A stretch of DNA of 63,630 bases, filler included, from Octopus bimaculoides (taxonomy: Eukaryota), in assembly GCF_001194135.2 (NCBI RefSeq). It is 6 parts of 6 records of this genome, joined end to end, with 100 filler letters (N's around TTAATTAATTAA, not from the genome) between each part and the next. Parts side by side here need not be neighbours in the genome. Positions count along the whole stretch, not along the records: positions 37,368 to 63,630 come from NC_069004.1; 5 more parts are not named here. One strand, written 5' to 3'. The notes beneath the pieces are model-generated. The model had not been told where the DNA came from. It made no database searches and saw only the letters and a list, made by a program, of their open reading frames with translations. Numbering within the stretch: position 1 is the stretch's first letter; each line of letters starts with the position of its first letter. This document shows, piece by piece, positions 40,006 to 52,626 of the stretch. A program made the position numbers and the translations under genes.

Positions 40006-40049
40006 ATAATAATAATAATAATAATAATAATGCTAATAATGATAATAAT

Positions 40050-40243
40050 AAATCCTCTCTACTATACGCACGAGGTCTAACGTTTCGGGGGAGGGCGCGA
40101 GCAGGTTGCGTCGACCCCAGTGCTCAACTGGTACTTATTTTATCGATTCCGAATGGATGAAAAGCTAATGTCAACGTAAAGACTGACGAAATGCTACCGA
40201 GCATTTTGTCCGGCATGCTAACGATTCTGCTAGCTCGCTGCTT
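40050..40243 (-). mobile_element. SINE family A, internally deleted
   Basis: Head and tail present. Confidence 0.75.
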
Positions 40244-40440
40244 TAACAGCAACAATATTAACAACAACAACAACAACAACACCAGCTTCGCATTGCAGGT
40301 TGCAGAGAAATGACATAATGTCTCTGCATGGTCCATCGATCAGCTAGAAATGGCAGCCAGATCTTCCTCAACTCATACCCTGCTGAGTGATGGAAGTATG
40401 CAGCTCGTGTCCTGTGTTAAAGTAAAGGGTTTTGGATTTA

Positions 40441-40848
40441 CTCTTTTACTCTTTCACTTGTTTCAGTCATTTGACTGCGGCCATGCTGGAGCACCGCCTT
40501 TAGTCGAGAAAATCGACCCCAGGACTTATTCTTTGGAAGCCTAGTACTTATTCTATCGTTCTCTTTTTGCCGAACCGCTAAGTTACGGGGACGTAAAGAC
40601 CACCATCGGTTATCAAGCGATGGTATGGTAGGAGGACAAACACACACACACAAACAAGCATATACATACACATATACATATATACGACGGGCTTCTTTCA
40701 GTTTCCGTCTACCAAATCCACTCACAAGGCTTTGGTCGGTCCGAGGCTATAGTAGAAGACACTTGCCCAAAGTGCCACGCAGTGGGACTGAACCCGGAAC
40801 CATGTGGTTGGTAAGCAAGCTACTTACCACACACCCACTCCTGCGCCT
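40441..40848 (-). mobile_element. SINE family B, young full-length copy
   Basis: Minus strand: gcaggagtgggtgtgtggtaagtagc head, gggttcagtccc B-box, ttgggcaagtgtcttct CORE-like block. Confidence 0.92.
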
Positions 40849-40999
40849 ATTTTTTTAAATCATAATTTTTTAAAACCTGAAATTGAAAAGAAAATTTTTT
40901 TTAAGTATGGTTATTTCGCGAAAACGAAAAATACATGATTTTCTTTTTCTTTCTACTAGTTTGTATTTAAATATCTGTATTTTATACTTCTTAATTACC

Positions 41000-41422
41000 G
41001 TGTTGCTAACGAAGTTGTAATTTAGAAAACCTGTGTTTGTTGCTAACGAAGAAGTCGAGTTTTTTTGTTTTTTTTTGTAAAAAAACTGTTTGTTTCTAAT
41101 GAAGTAGTCAAGGTTTTAAAAAAGCTTTTGTTGCTAATGAAGAAGTCATTTCAGACAGTTGGTGTTCGTTGCTAATGAAGTAACCTAATTCAGAAAACTG
41201 CTTGCTGCTAATGCAGTAGCCCAGTTCAGAAAGACTGCGTTCGTTGCTAATGAAGTAGTCAACTCAGCCAGACAGTGTTTGTTAGACTGCGTTTGCTGCT
41301 AACGCAGTAACCTGCTTCAGAAAACTGCTTGTTGCTAATGAAGTAGTCTCATTCAGATAAAACTACTTGTTGCTAATGAAGTAGTCTCATTCAGAAAAAA
41401 AACCGTGTTTGATGCTAATGAA
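41000..41422. repeat. Minisatellite, ~36-40 bp unit, about 11 copies
   Basis: Unit approximately GTTGCTAATGAAGTAGTCTCATTCAGAAAACTGCTT. Confidence 0.88.
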
Positions 41423-41828
41423 CGCCGTCTAATTCACGAAGATTACTCCCTCACTTTGTTTATCTCTCCCACTATTTCCTGTTTATGCGTACAAGCTCAG
41501 GTTATTTTGCGTTCCTCATCAGTTGCACCCTGTCGCTCGAACAAAGAGGATGCAAAATTCTGCCGATTCTATTTTTCCTTTCATTTCATCTTATTCCCGA
41601 AGAATATGCTCTTTTCGAAACGTTAGCCCCCCCACCCCACACACACACACACACACATACACACCCCAATGGCTATCACTATCGTTTAATAGTTTAACTT
41701 GCACATTTGTGTTTTAGTCGGTTCATCGTTTAGTAATCGTTATAAACAATGTATATTTTATGCACCACATGGCACGAATAAGATGTACTCATACATACAT
41801 ACACACATATATACATACATGTTTGTGC

Positions 41829-41884
<56 letters not shown>

Positions 41885-41981
41885 CCAATCAAGGTGCAGG
41901 AAAGGCGTGATCCAACAGGAACAGTAATCTGAGGTACGAAAATTCCAGCAACTGGGTACTCCAAATCCAGTTTAAAGGCCA

Positions 41982-42246
41982 CAATAATCCGTCGATTATC
42001 GCGGGTGTTACGTTCCAAGACACCCCGCGATATGTGAATATCCGCGAAATAGAAACAGTACTGTATATATTTTTTTTACTATTTTTATTATTTGTATATA
42101 TTTATTTTATTATAAATGAAAAACAACACCACATAGGAATCGACGTAAGCTTAAATAATAAACCGCGATATATGGTGAATCGTGATAGGTGAACCGCGAT
42201 ATGGTGAATCGCGATAGGTGAACCGCGATATGGTGAGGGATTACTA
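41982..42246. mobile_element. Tigger/pogo-like MITE
   Basis: Imperfect TIRs caataatccgtcgattatcgcgg and ccgcgatatggtgagggattacta, TA on the right, and subterminal gcgata(t)ggtgaa repeats. Confidence 0.7.
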
Positions 42247-42390
42247 TACGTCCTCACTTTGTTGTTTTTTTTGTTTTTTTGTTATTGTTTTTTTGAANNN
42301 NNNNNNNNNNNNNNNNNNNNNNNNNNNNNNNNNNNNNNNNNNNNNNNNNNNNNNNNNNNNNNNNNNNNNNNNNNNNNNNNNNNNNNNNNN

Positions 42391-42426
<36 letters not shown>

Positions 42427-42429
<3 letters not shown>

Positions 42430-42915
42430 GGCGCATGGCCCAGTGGTTAGAGCGTTGGGCTTACAATCATGAGGTATTGAGTTCGATTCCCGGACCGAGT
42501 TGAGCGTTGTGTTCTTGAGCAAGACACGTTATTTCACATTGCTCCAGTTCACTCAGCTGTAGAAATGAGTTGCGACATCATGGGTACCAAGCTGTATCGA
42601 CCTTTGCTTTTCCTTTGAATAACATCAGTGGTGTGGATAGGGGAGGCTGGTACGCATGGACGACTGCTGGTCTTCCATAAAACAACCTTGACCAGACTTG
42701 TGCCTCAGAGGGAAACTTTCTAGGTGCAATCCCATGGTCAGTCATGACTGTAGTGGGTCTTTACCCGTTATCCTATGTACATATAATGGTGTGGATATGG
42801 AAGGCTGGTATGCATGAGCGACTGATGGTCTTCCATAAACAACCTTGCCTGGACTTGTGCCTCGGAGGGGAACTTTCCAGGTGCAATCCATGCTAATTCA
42901 TGACCGAAGCGAGTC
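42427..42915 (+). mobile_element. SINE with family C head and a duplicated 3' block (42640-42765, 42800-42915)
   Basis: tRNA-like head; gtcttccataaacaaccttg...gtgcaatcc occurs twice. Confidence 0.78.
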
Positions 42916-42963
42916 TTTTGATATAAATACATATATATATGTATGCGTGAATGGGTGTGTGTG

Positions 42964-42994
<31 letters not shown>

Positions 42995-43198
42995 ATATAT
43001 ATGTGTGTGTGTGTGTGGACGTATATGTATACATGTAAGTATGTATGTGTGAGTGCACATGTACGCATATTATATTTATGAATTTGTATGTAATAATATG
43101 CACCAGTCTGTATTTATGCGTGTGTGCGCATGTGTGTACATGTCTTAGTGCATAAGAAGGAGAAAGAGAGAAAAGGATAAAAATAGGGACAGAAAGAA

Positions 43199-43250
<52 letters not shown>

Positions 43251-44011
43251 AGAACTAGGAAAGATGCAGCCGAACATGACGTACAATATATATTTTGCAT
43301 ACCATATCTACCGTTTCACACACACACACATATATATATGTATATGTGTACATAATAGACAGCAGTGCACGTGTATGCAGTACACATTTGCTTTGCAGCA
43401 ATGATCACATCTGCCTCTCTGCAGCATCTCTTCTAATACAGATTACAATATTTGTACCAAATAAACTTTATCCAATATCGCTGACAAGAAGAAATGGTGG
43501 CTTATCATNNNNNNNNNNNNNNNNNNNNNNNNNNNNNNNNNNNNNNNNNNNNNNNNNNNNNNNNNNNNNNNNNNNNNNNNNNNNNNNNNNNNNNNNNNNN
43601 NNNNNNNNNNNNNNNNNNNNNNNNNNNNNNNNNNNNNNNNNNNNNNNNNNNNNNNNNNNNNNNNNNNNNNNNNNNNNNNNNNNNNNNNNNNNNNNNNNNN
43701 NNNNNNNNNNNNNNNNNNNNNNNNNNNNNNNNNNNNNNNNNNNNNNNNNNNNNNNNNNNNNNNNNNNNNNNNNNNNNNNNNNNNNNNNNNNNNNNNNNNN
43801 NNNNNNNNNNNNNNNNNNNNNNNNNNNNNNNNNNNNNNNNNNNNNNNNNNNNNNNNNNNNNNNNNNNNNNNNNNNNNNNNNNNNNNCATTGCCAAAAGCT
43901 AAGACCGAAGTACCTTCTCTCACAATCCCAACTGATGGAGACAGAGTCTTCCACGGCAACAGCAGCAACAACAACAACAACAACAAAACTTTGAAACTAT
44001 TATCACTATGT

Positions 44012-44241
44012 TACTCTTTTACTTGTTTCAGTCATTTGACTGCAGCCATGCTGGAGCACCACCTTTAGTCGAGCAAATCGACCCCAGGACATATTCTTTG
44101 TAAGCCTAGTACTTATTCTATCGGTCTCTTTGCCGAACCGCTAAGTTACGGGGACGTAAACACATCAGTATCGGTTGTCAAGCGATGTTGGGGAGACAAA
44201 CACGGATACACAAACACACAAATACACACGCACACACACAC

Positions 44242-44291
<50 letters not shown>

Positions 44292-44453
44292 GACGGGCTT
44301 CTTTCAGTTTCCGTCTACCAAATCCACTCATAAGGCTTTGGTCGGCTCGAGGCTATAGTAGAAGATACTTGCTCAAGGTGCCACGCAGTGGGACTTAACC
44401 CGAAACCATGTGGTTGGCAAGCCAGCAACTTACCATACAGCCACTCCTGCGCC
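44012..44453 (-). mobile_element. SINE family B, young full-length copy
   Basis: Near-identical to 40441-40848 outside the microsatellite. Confidence 0.92.
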
Positions 44454-44644
44454 TATGGTTTTGGTTTTGCTTTAATTCATAAGAATTGCTCCTGAATCTC
44501 AGCCGGAGACTGCAAGGGACACAAGGTTCCGCACCTGAAGATGCTAACAGGTGAGGTGCCATGTAATTGTAAACACGGATGACTCTGGGAGAAAGAAAAT
44601 ATATACAGACACAAAGTCGCTAAGGTTTATATTTATATGGAGAG

Positions 44645-44841
44645 GAATTCACGTGGAATACGCGAAGTATCGATAAGTACGATCTTTTGTAATTCGCTCA
44701 TTTTGGAGTTGCCAAGGATTTGGTCGACATATTTGGCTCTTCTTGATAACATTCCAAGTGCCATTATAAAAATAGCTAATCTTGTTGTTGTGAGATGCTA
44801 CAATCCGATTTCAATCTCTACGTTCGTATTTGCTCGGTAAT
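44645..44841 (-). mobile_element. R4/Dong LINE 3' ORF remnant
   Basis: The minus strand reads like EI..L.....IFIMALGML...KY....GNSKMSELQKIVL..T.RI; it abuts (TTA)n. Confidence 0.7.
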
Positions 44842-44983
44842 CATTATTATTATTATTATTATTATAGATAATATTAGGACTGCTATGACTCCTCTGGAAG
44901 GAATATGTAAATAAAAAAAGAAGAGTGCCATAATTAAATTTGTTGAACGATATTTCGGTATCCTTATTATTATTATTATTATT

Positions 44984-45175
44984 GTTCAGTAGTTTTATTT
45001 TTATAACGTGCTTTCACTTCACTACCGAGCGCCACAGCTCTGTGTGCCTTGGGTATGTGCTGTGGTTTGCTGTGGTGCTCTTATGTTTACTGTATTGAAA
45101 GTGTTTTGCGTAGAATGTGTGCAGTACCCATTAGTGCAATTTTCTGTATGTTATATATATTTGTAAGTCCTGGTG
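44984..45175 (-). mobile_element. R4/Dong LINE extreme 3' end
   Basis: Reverse complement of the 39841-40005 sequence; its tail abuts (TTA)n. Confidence 0.85.
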
Positions 45176-45563
45176 TTTTTGTTGTTTTTTTTTTATCATC
45201 ATCATCATCATCATCATCATCATCNNNNNNNNNNNNNNNNNNNNNNNNNNNNNNNNNNNNNNNNNNNNNNNNNNNNNNNNNNNNNNNNNNNNNNNNNNNN
45301 NNNNNNNNNNNNNNNNNNNNNNNNNNNNNNNNNNNNNNNNNNNNNNNNNNNNNNNNNNNNNNNNNNNNNNNAATGAAGTACTGGAGTCGATGTCATCGAC
45401 TTGTCCCTTTCTCCTCAAAACTGCTGGCCTTTTGCCAATATCAGAAAGAATCATTATTATTATTATTATTAGAAGTAGTAGTGGTGGTGGTGGTGGTGGT
45501 GGTGGTGGTAGTGGTAGTGGTAGTAGTAGTAGTAGCAGCAGTAGCAGTAGTAGTAGTAGTAGT

Positions 45564-45752
45564 AAGGCGGTGAGCTGGCGGAATCGTTAGCACGCCGGGC
45601 AAAATGCTTCACGACATTTCTTTCGTCCTTACGTTCTGAGTTCAAACTCCGCCGAGGTCGGCTTTGCCTTTCATCCTTTCGGGGTCGATAAATTAATTAC
45701 CAGTTACGCACCGGGGATCGATGTAATCGGTTTACCACCTCCCCCAAAACTT
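45564..45752 (+). mobile_element. SINE family A
   Basis: aaggcggtgagctggcggaatcgttag head and core. Confidence 0.88.
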
Positions 45753-46305
45753 CATGCTGTTGTTGTTGTTGTTGTTGTTAAACCCTTCCCCTCAAAACTG
45801 CCAAATAAGAAACGATTATTACTGCAGTTGTTATTGTTGTTGCTGTTGATACCTTTGCAGTTTTGTTGTTGTTCTTTTCATTGGCATTTTCTTCGGAGTC
45901 GTTGTTTTCGAAGCGAGGAATCGCTGTTTGTTTCGTCCATCACTATTCCTAATCTCGTCTCTCATTCTGTCTCTCATTATTCTTTGATATGCAACTCTGT
46001 CTCAAGCATTATTATTACGCGGCCGTTTGCCATTTTTTAAATTTGGAATCAAAAGTCGACACAGCACAAACTTAAAAATATCATAAATTAAAAGTAATAA
46101 CATGAATCGAAAGTATGCAGATTTTTTCTCCGAAGGGGGAATCTTCCGTTGAAATTATTAGACTCATCAAAACCCAGCGGGATTTTTTCTTGTTTTCCGA
46201 TTATAGAAAAATTTTCAAAATATCGAAAATCCTTCTGGTCAAAGAGGTCGTTATTCCATGAAAATCCTCAGAACTGAGCATTGTTTCCAAAATGACAGCC
46301 ATAAT

Positions 46306-46392
<87 letters not shown>

Positions 46393-47090
46393 AATAATCC
46401 TTTCTACTATAGGCAGCACAAGGCCTGAAATTTGCGCGGAGGGGACGAGTCGATTACATCGACCCCAGTGATCAACTGGTACTTAATTTCTTTATTTTCA
46501 ATTCAGTCTTTGATCAAATCCAAAAAATTCATCTTACATAACACATCTGCTTTTATAATTAGTAGAGATAAAGCATCTCGAACATTATTATTTTAGCAAG
46601 TTTAAAATGATTTCTTTTGTGCTGTAAGCCATTTACCATTTCTGTGGTGCCCCTCTCCCGTTCTTCCCTCGATGCTCTAAGCACGTGTTTATTCCGTTTA
46701 ATGGTTAATCCAGTGCTAGTCATAGTTCCTCAGTTTCACTTGTACCAGGGACAATTGGGGAAAAGTATCGAGTGATCGACGGGTATCCTTCTCCAATACG
46801 AAACCTTGACAAATTAGCAACAAACCGTTAAGGTATCGGACGAAATGCTTTGTAGTATGCATTTCAGTTTTTTCCGTTATGAGTTCAAATCTCGCCGAGG
46901 TCACCCTTCAGGGATCTATAAATAGACTGTCAGTCTAGAACGGTCTAGTGACGGAAACCAGAGCGTTGGACAAAACGCCTTGCAGTATTTGTTCCGGTTG
47001 ATTGCGGTCTGGGTTCCAATTTAGTCGACGCTCAAACAATTCCGCTATTTGGTCGCTTTTACTCTCTCTAAATATAATGATACCAAATAC

Positions 47091-47240
47091 TGGCACAAGG
47101 TCAGGAATTTCAGGGAAAGGGCTAAGTCGATTACTTCGATCCCCAGTACGCAACTGGTACTTAACTTATCGACCCCAGTTGCGTACTTGGGTCAATCTAA
47201 TCGACTGGCCCCCTTCCCAAAAATTTCGGGCTTTGTGCTT
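47091..47240. repeat. Inverted pair of SINE family A 3' parts
   Basis: agtacgcaactgg / ccagttgcgtact stem with a 17-nt loop, continuing imperfectly out to gcacaa / ttgtgc. Confidence 0.8.
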
Positions 47241-47295
47241 AGAGTAGAAAAAAATATGTATACAGGAAAGACAACGAACCCACCATCTTCGTGGA

Positions 47296-47340
47296 GAAAG
47301 TTTCTTAACGTTTCGGATGTTAATTCTTCATCAAAAAAAT
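47296..47340 (-). ncRNA. Minimal type I hammerhead-like motif (Penelope type), probably decayed
   Basis: The minus strand reads ttttt TTGATGA A GAAT taac ATCC GAAA cgT T aagaaa. Confidence 0.45.
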
Positions 47341-47479
47341 GCAGCAAAAAGTTTAGGGGTTGCAAAAATAGACAATGTATAAAAAGAAATAAAGGAGAAC
47401 ACAAGTGTAGAAAGACGCAAGAAGTATGTGATGTGTTAGAAACCAGGTAGGACTTTTGTTCTATTGGAGTTAAGCAAGG

Positions 47480-47583
47480 AAAAGTCGATCTCAGCGGAAT
47501 TTGAACTCAGAACGGAAAGACGGACAAAATGCCGCTAAGCGTTTTGCCCCGAGTGTTAACGACTCTGCCAGCTCGCCGCCCCT
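47480..47583 (-). mobile_element. SINE family A, 5' part
   Basis: Head ...gccagctcgccgcc. Confidence 0.75.
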
Positions 47584-47859
47584 CGCTCTCTAAATATAAT
47601 AATCCTGAAGATGAGCTAGGAGTTTTTAATGGTCACCCTAAGACCCAAACCCGGGACCCAGGGTGTCTCCCTCACTATACTCGTAAGACAGGCAAAGATC
47701 ACAGGCCCTCGCTGCTATTTCAGACCACCACTTCCCATGTTCCGCGAATTTCTTGGCAGTCTGTAAAATTTGTACAGGAGACCCACGAGCTGAGTTCAAA
47801 ATTGAAATAGGCTGGGGTGTAAAATGTCTGATTAATTTAATAAGAAAGCGGGTGGATAA

Positions 47860-47935
<76 letters not shown>

Positions 47936-48754
47936 GCATGTTCGTAATCTCCGACGGGTAAAACCTAAAAATCCGAATAAACTTTTTCAGAAAAAATGCT
48001 TTCCTCAAGGGGATGTGTGAAGCTGCATACCANNNNNNNNNNNNNNNNNNNNNNNNNNNNNNNNNNNNNNNNNNNNNNNNNNNNNNNNNNNNNNNNNNNN
48101 NNNNNNNNNNNNNNNNNNNNNNNNNNNNNNNNNNNNNNNNNNNNNNNNNNNNNNNNNNNNNNNNNNNNNNNNNNNNNNNNNNNNNNNNNNNNNNNNNNNN
48201 NNNNNNNNNNNNNNNNNNNNNNNNNNNNNNNNNNNNNNNNNNNNNNNNNNNNNNNNNNNNNNNNNNNNNNNNNNNNNNNNNNNNNNNNNNNNNNNNNNNN
48301 NNNNNNNNNNNNNNNNNNNNNNNNNNNNNNNNNNNNNNNNNNNNNNNNNNNNNNNNNNNNNNNNNNNNNNNNNNNNNNNNNNNNNNNNNNNNNNNNNNNN
48401 NNNNNNNNNNNNNNNNNNNNNNNNNNNATTTAGTGTCTCACGCTGAGCTGACAGCGGAACACAAACGACTTTACTGACAGCAACACTGTTGTTGTAAACG
48501 TCTAAAGCAAACCATCTGTGCTTCACGTTGATACGGATTTTCTTGAAATATATGAAAATAATCTGGGTTTTTTATATATATATGTGTGTGTGTTTATGTA
48601 AGTGGATATATTTAGTGTCTCACGCTGAGCTGACAGCGGAACACAAACGACTTTACTGACAGCAACACTGTTGTTGTAAACGTCTAAAGCAAACCATCTG
48701 TGCTTCACGTTGATACGGATTTTCTTGAAATATATGAAAATAATCTGGGTTTTT

Positions 48755-48785
<31 letters not shown>

Positions 48786-49324
48786 ACGCATACGTTGTAT
48801 GTATGTATGGATGGATGGATGTATATGCGTGCTTACAACATATACACAAGAACGTACGCATACGTATATGTGTGTGTGTGTATCTATATATATATACACA
48901 TATGCATATATGTATATATACGTATAAATACACACACACACACACACATTTACATACACAAATACATACCAGACACGTTTCATCTGAGTAGGCAAGGTAT
49001 TAGTGAGTGTGCAATAATGTGTGTGTGTGTGTGTGTGTGTGTNNNNNNNNNNNNNNNNNNNNNNNNNNNNNNNNNNNNNNNNNNNNNNNNNNNNNNNNNN
49101 NNNNNNNNNNNNNNNNNNNNNNNNNNNNNNNNNNNNNNNNNNCACCACCACCCACCCCGTACACCTTCCTGCATCCAATGCCTTCGTCCATCACATTATT
49201 ATCATCGCCTTACTACGTAATGATTTCGTTTATTTTTCCTCCTCCAGGGCGAAGGATGAGGTGGGGGGTGGGGACAATACAAAACACATAAACTGCGGGG
49301 TTTCACATATAAAATATATAAATA

Positions 49325-49421
49325 GATTAATAATAATAATAATAAAGAATAATAGTAATAATAATAATAATAAAGAATAATAATAATAATATTGATGATA
49401 ATAATAATAATAATATTGATG

Positions 49422-49461
<40 letters not shown>

Positions 49462-49557
49462 TAAATAATAATAATAATGATAAATAATAATAATAATAAT
49501 GATAAATAATAATAATAATAATATTAATAATAATAATAATGATAAATAATAATGATA

Positions 49558-49592
<35 letters not shown>

Positions 49593-49595
49593 ATA
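49325..49595. repeat. (TAA)n-based compound microsatellite with recurring GATAAA/ATTGAT interruptions
   Basis: Directly visible. Confidence 0.95.
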
Positions 49596-49599
49596 AGTA

Positions 49600-49936
49600 T
49601 TACACGGTATGCAATGAAAAAGAAGGGGAAATGTACATTGTATACGAAGGTTGACGAAAAAAGAATTGGGGGTGGATGATGGAGGATGACCTCTAGGGAT
49701 AAACGAGGAACCCCTACTGTCCGAGATCTCCCTGAACACCTAGGGCAAGTGCCCCACTCCAATTTCCTTCTCTCCGACTCACAGGTCTGCACTTAAGAGA
49801 GGTACCATCCACTCTTGCCATTTTCATTAACTGTTACCCCCCACTTTTCAATAAACTCACCCGGGGACAGCACTTCCCTACTCCGCCCTCAATTTCGTTT
49901 TTCAAGTGAAACTCAGCTTCACCGAATGGGAATAAC

Positions 49937-49983
<47 letters not shown>

Positions 49984-50432
49984 GGAGGAGGAGGAGGAGG
50001 AGGAGGAGGGGTAGCTTTCTTTAATTTGACACAGAGGTACCGAATAAGGGGACAGGCAAGGGCGTTACGAGAACTGTTTGCAATTCGCGTAAAAGAGGGT
50101 TCCGCAAAAGATGGGGAAGGGGAACAGAAAAGGAAAGGGGGGTGAAATGAAATAAAAAAAATATCTAAGGTCAACATATATAATTCTGATGCATTACCGA
50201 CTAAGCTATGTGGCGGTCCTCCTGAGACAGGAGCCAATCAAGGAACCCCACAGATCCGGGATCACCTTGACCACCAAGGTCATCCCCCCCACACACAATT
50301 GTTGTTCTCCAGTCTAAAGGCGCATGCGTAGAATAGGTCCAACCACCCTAACCATTTTTGGCACAGTCACTCATCGTTTTACAAATTCCCTAGGAGAGAG
50401 AGAGACAGAGACAGACAGTCAGACAGACAGAA

Positions 50433-50476
<44 letters not shown>

Positions 50477-51390
50477 CACTTCCTTCTCCACTCTTACTTT
50501 CGTTTCTGAGTGGAACTTAAAAAAGTCGATGTGGGCTTGAGCGAAGAGAAAGGTGTGTTTCTCGTAATCTTTTCAGCCTCGTCCACCACACCTAGACAAA
50601 GGAACATCGCTTGCCCTGCCTTGTTACAGATGAGTGATAGGAGCAACCCTCATGATAAGGTGGGCCCATAGTCGGGTTTTTCTTACTCACAGCAACAGCT
50701 GTTCAGCATAACTCCTTAGTAAACAATGCTCGGACACCGGAAGTGCGTGCTGTACGGTTACGTCGCCCTGCGTACATCTTGGGCAGTCCCGTCCGACGGC
50801 ACTTCCGTGCCTGTGGGGTTTGATCTCGAATCCGCAGTGCAACTCGGTGGTGGCACTGCCAGGCTGCGGATTTCTGGAAATTATCAATAAGAGTTCCAAG
50901 ACCAAAATTCCTCCGAAACAGACCATCTAGCCGGGTCCATGTCTTTTAGTTTATTCCAAGATGATTTGTATAGATCACGAGTGTATGGTTTGCATCGAGG
51001 ACAATTTATGCCAACCCTGTCTGTTAAGCTAACGAAAGTCGTCAAAATATGACCTGGAGATCTGCTGCGATTTGTCCAAGTCCGGAGTAGCGCATTCAGG
51101 AGATCAAGACGAAACCTATCAGGCAGTTGGACGAAAGTGTGGGAGTTTGCAGGGGGATTTTTGCACCCCCTCCTACCGGGTAACCCTATGCAATTCCTGG
51201 ATACATCGAAAATTCCATTCCAATCCTCGTCGACGTCATCTCTCTTTACCTGCCACTAGATCTCTACATAGTGCTAACGTAGAACTTCCACCGACCGCAT
51301 TGGTCGACTGGTAGGCAGTGGTGAGCGCCCAGCCAACACCAACGCCTCTCACAGTACCAACAATACAGGCAAGGCAATGAGAGCCTCAAC
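49600..51390 (-). mobile_element. Tx1/L1-clade LINE 3' ORF2 remnants (two 3' ends)
   Basis: HRHGSAVGRDCPRCTQGDVTVQHA zinc knuckle; FFKFHSETKVRVEKEVLS[(CT)n]PREFVKR*VTVPKMVRVVGPILRMRL*; a second ARVDGTSL end near 49820. Confidence 0.7.
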
Positions 51391-51415
51391 GTGATTCTCG
51401 ACTTGTTAGAAATAC

Positions 51416-51448
<33 letters not shown>

Positions 51449-51693
51449 CATACATACATACATACATACACGCAATCATACATACTGACAGGCAGACAAA
51501 CAGACATGCAGACATTCTTACATACATGCATACACATACATACATACATACATACATACATACATACACATATACATATATTTATTTATATTATTTATTC
51601 ACTTTTACAAAGGTTGACAGTAACTTTGAAGTTTACGCATGTTCGTTGATATGCAAGCTGTATTGAGTAATTCTTCAATTTTGTTAAATTGTT

Positions 51694-51768
<75 letters not shown>

Positions 51769-52109
51769 TAATAATAATAATAATAATAATGATAATAATA
51801 ATACAAATGATATATGAGCATATGCATGTATATATACATATATGTACATACCTACATCTACATGTATATATAGATGCATATCCGGGTACCGGACGTCAAA
51901 AAAGGAACGGGAACATAAACAAAGCACAAAAAACGGACTTTTTTTTACGGACAACAGAATGAACACAGGAAAACAGACGAGCCACTTATGGAACTTTTCC
52001 TTCACCAGCTGCCTCTATTCTAAACTAGGCATATCCTTATAATTGACGCAACACAAGTATTAATGTGTGTGTGTGTGCGTATGTGTCTTTGTATCTGTGT
52101 TCTAGATGA

Positions 52110-52626
52110 TCTAGGTATGAATAGAGTATATAAAGAACCAACTGGAAAGAGAGCAATCTGAATTAATCTGTAAATGTTCTCACAAAAGGAAATACAGCAA
52201 TAAATTGGATTCGTGACAAATGGCAGCAAAAATTAGAATGACAATGAAGAAAGAGACGAAGCGAATACCAATGAGTTAGAGAACGGTCAGTGACAGAATA
52301 CCCTTAAGATCTGGAAAAACAGAAATAAGAATTATCGTACATTTCTAGATTCTAAAAAGCTAGCAAATGTTAGACGAAAAACATTGAGAAAGAATAGACT
52401 GACAGATGCAGAACCAAACGAAATAGAACGGTTTGTTGTAGAAGGTCTAGTTATGAATAGAGTATATAGAGAACCAACTGAAAGAAAAGAAACCTGAACT
52501 AATCGGTAGATGTTCTCACAAAAGGAAATACAGCAATAAAGTAGAATCGCGAGAAATAGTGACAGAAATCAGGATGACAATGAAGAAGGAGATGAAGTGA
52601 ATGCCAATGAGATAGGGAACGGTCGG
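52110..52626. repeat. Diverged direct duplication, ~180 bp (52110-52290, 52446-52626)
   Basis: Shared tgaatagagtatat..gaaccaactg, gttctcacaaaaggaaatacagcaataaa and atgacaatgaagaa blocks. Confidence 0.8.

Noticed and set aside
41000-41422. CRISPR-like repeat/spacer appearance
   Set aside because: The units are degenerate, the spacers are related to each other, the context is eukaryotic, and there are no cas genes.
47600-47810. GC-richer block with open frames on both strands
   Set aside because: No recognisable motif or splice sites; probably a repeat fragment I cannot assign.
48429-48770. Exact 182-bp-period tandem duplication
   Set aside because: It looks 100% identical and starts at a gap edge. 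Most likely an assembly artefact; long reads are needed.
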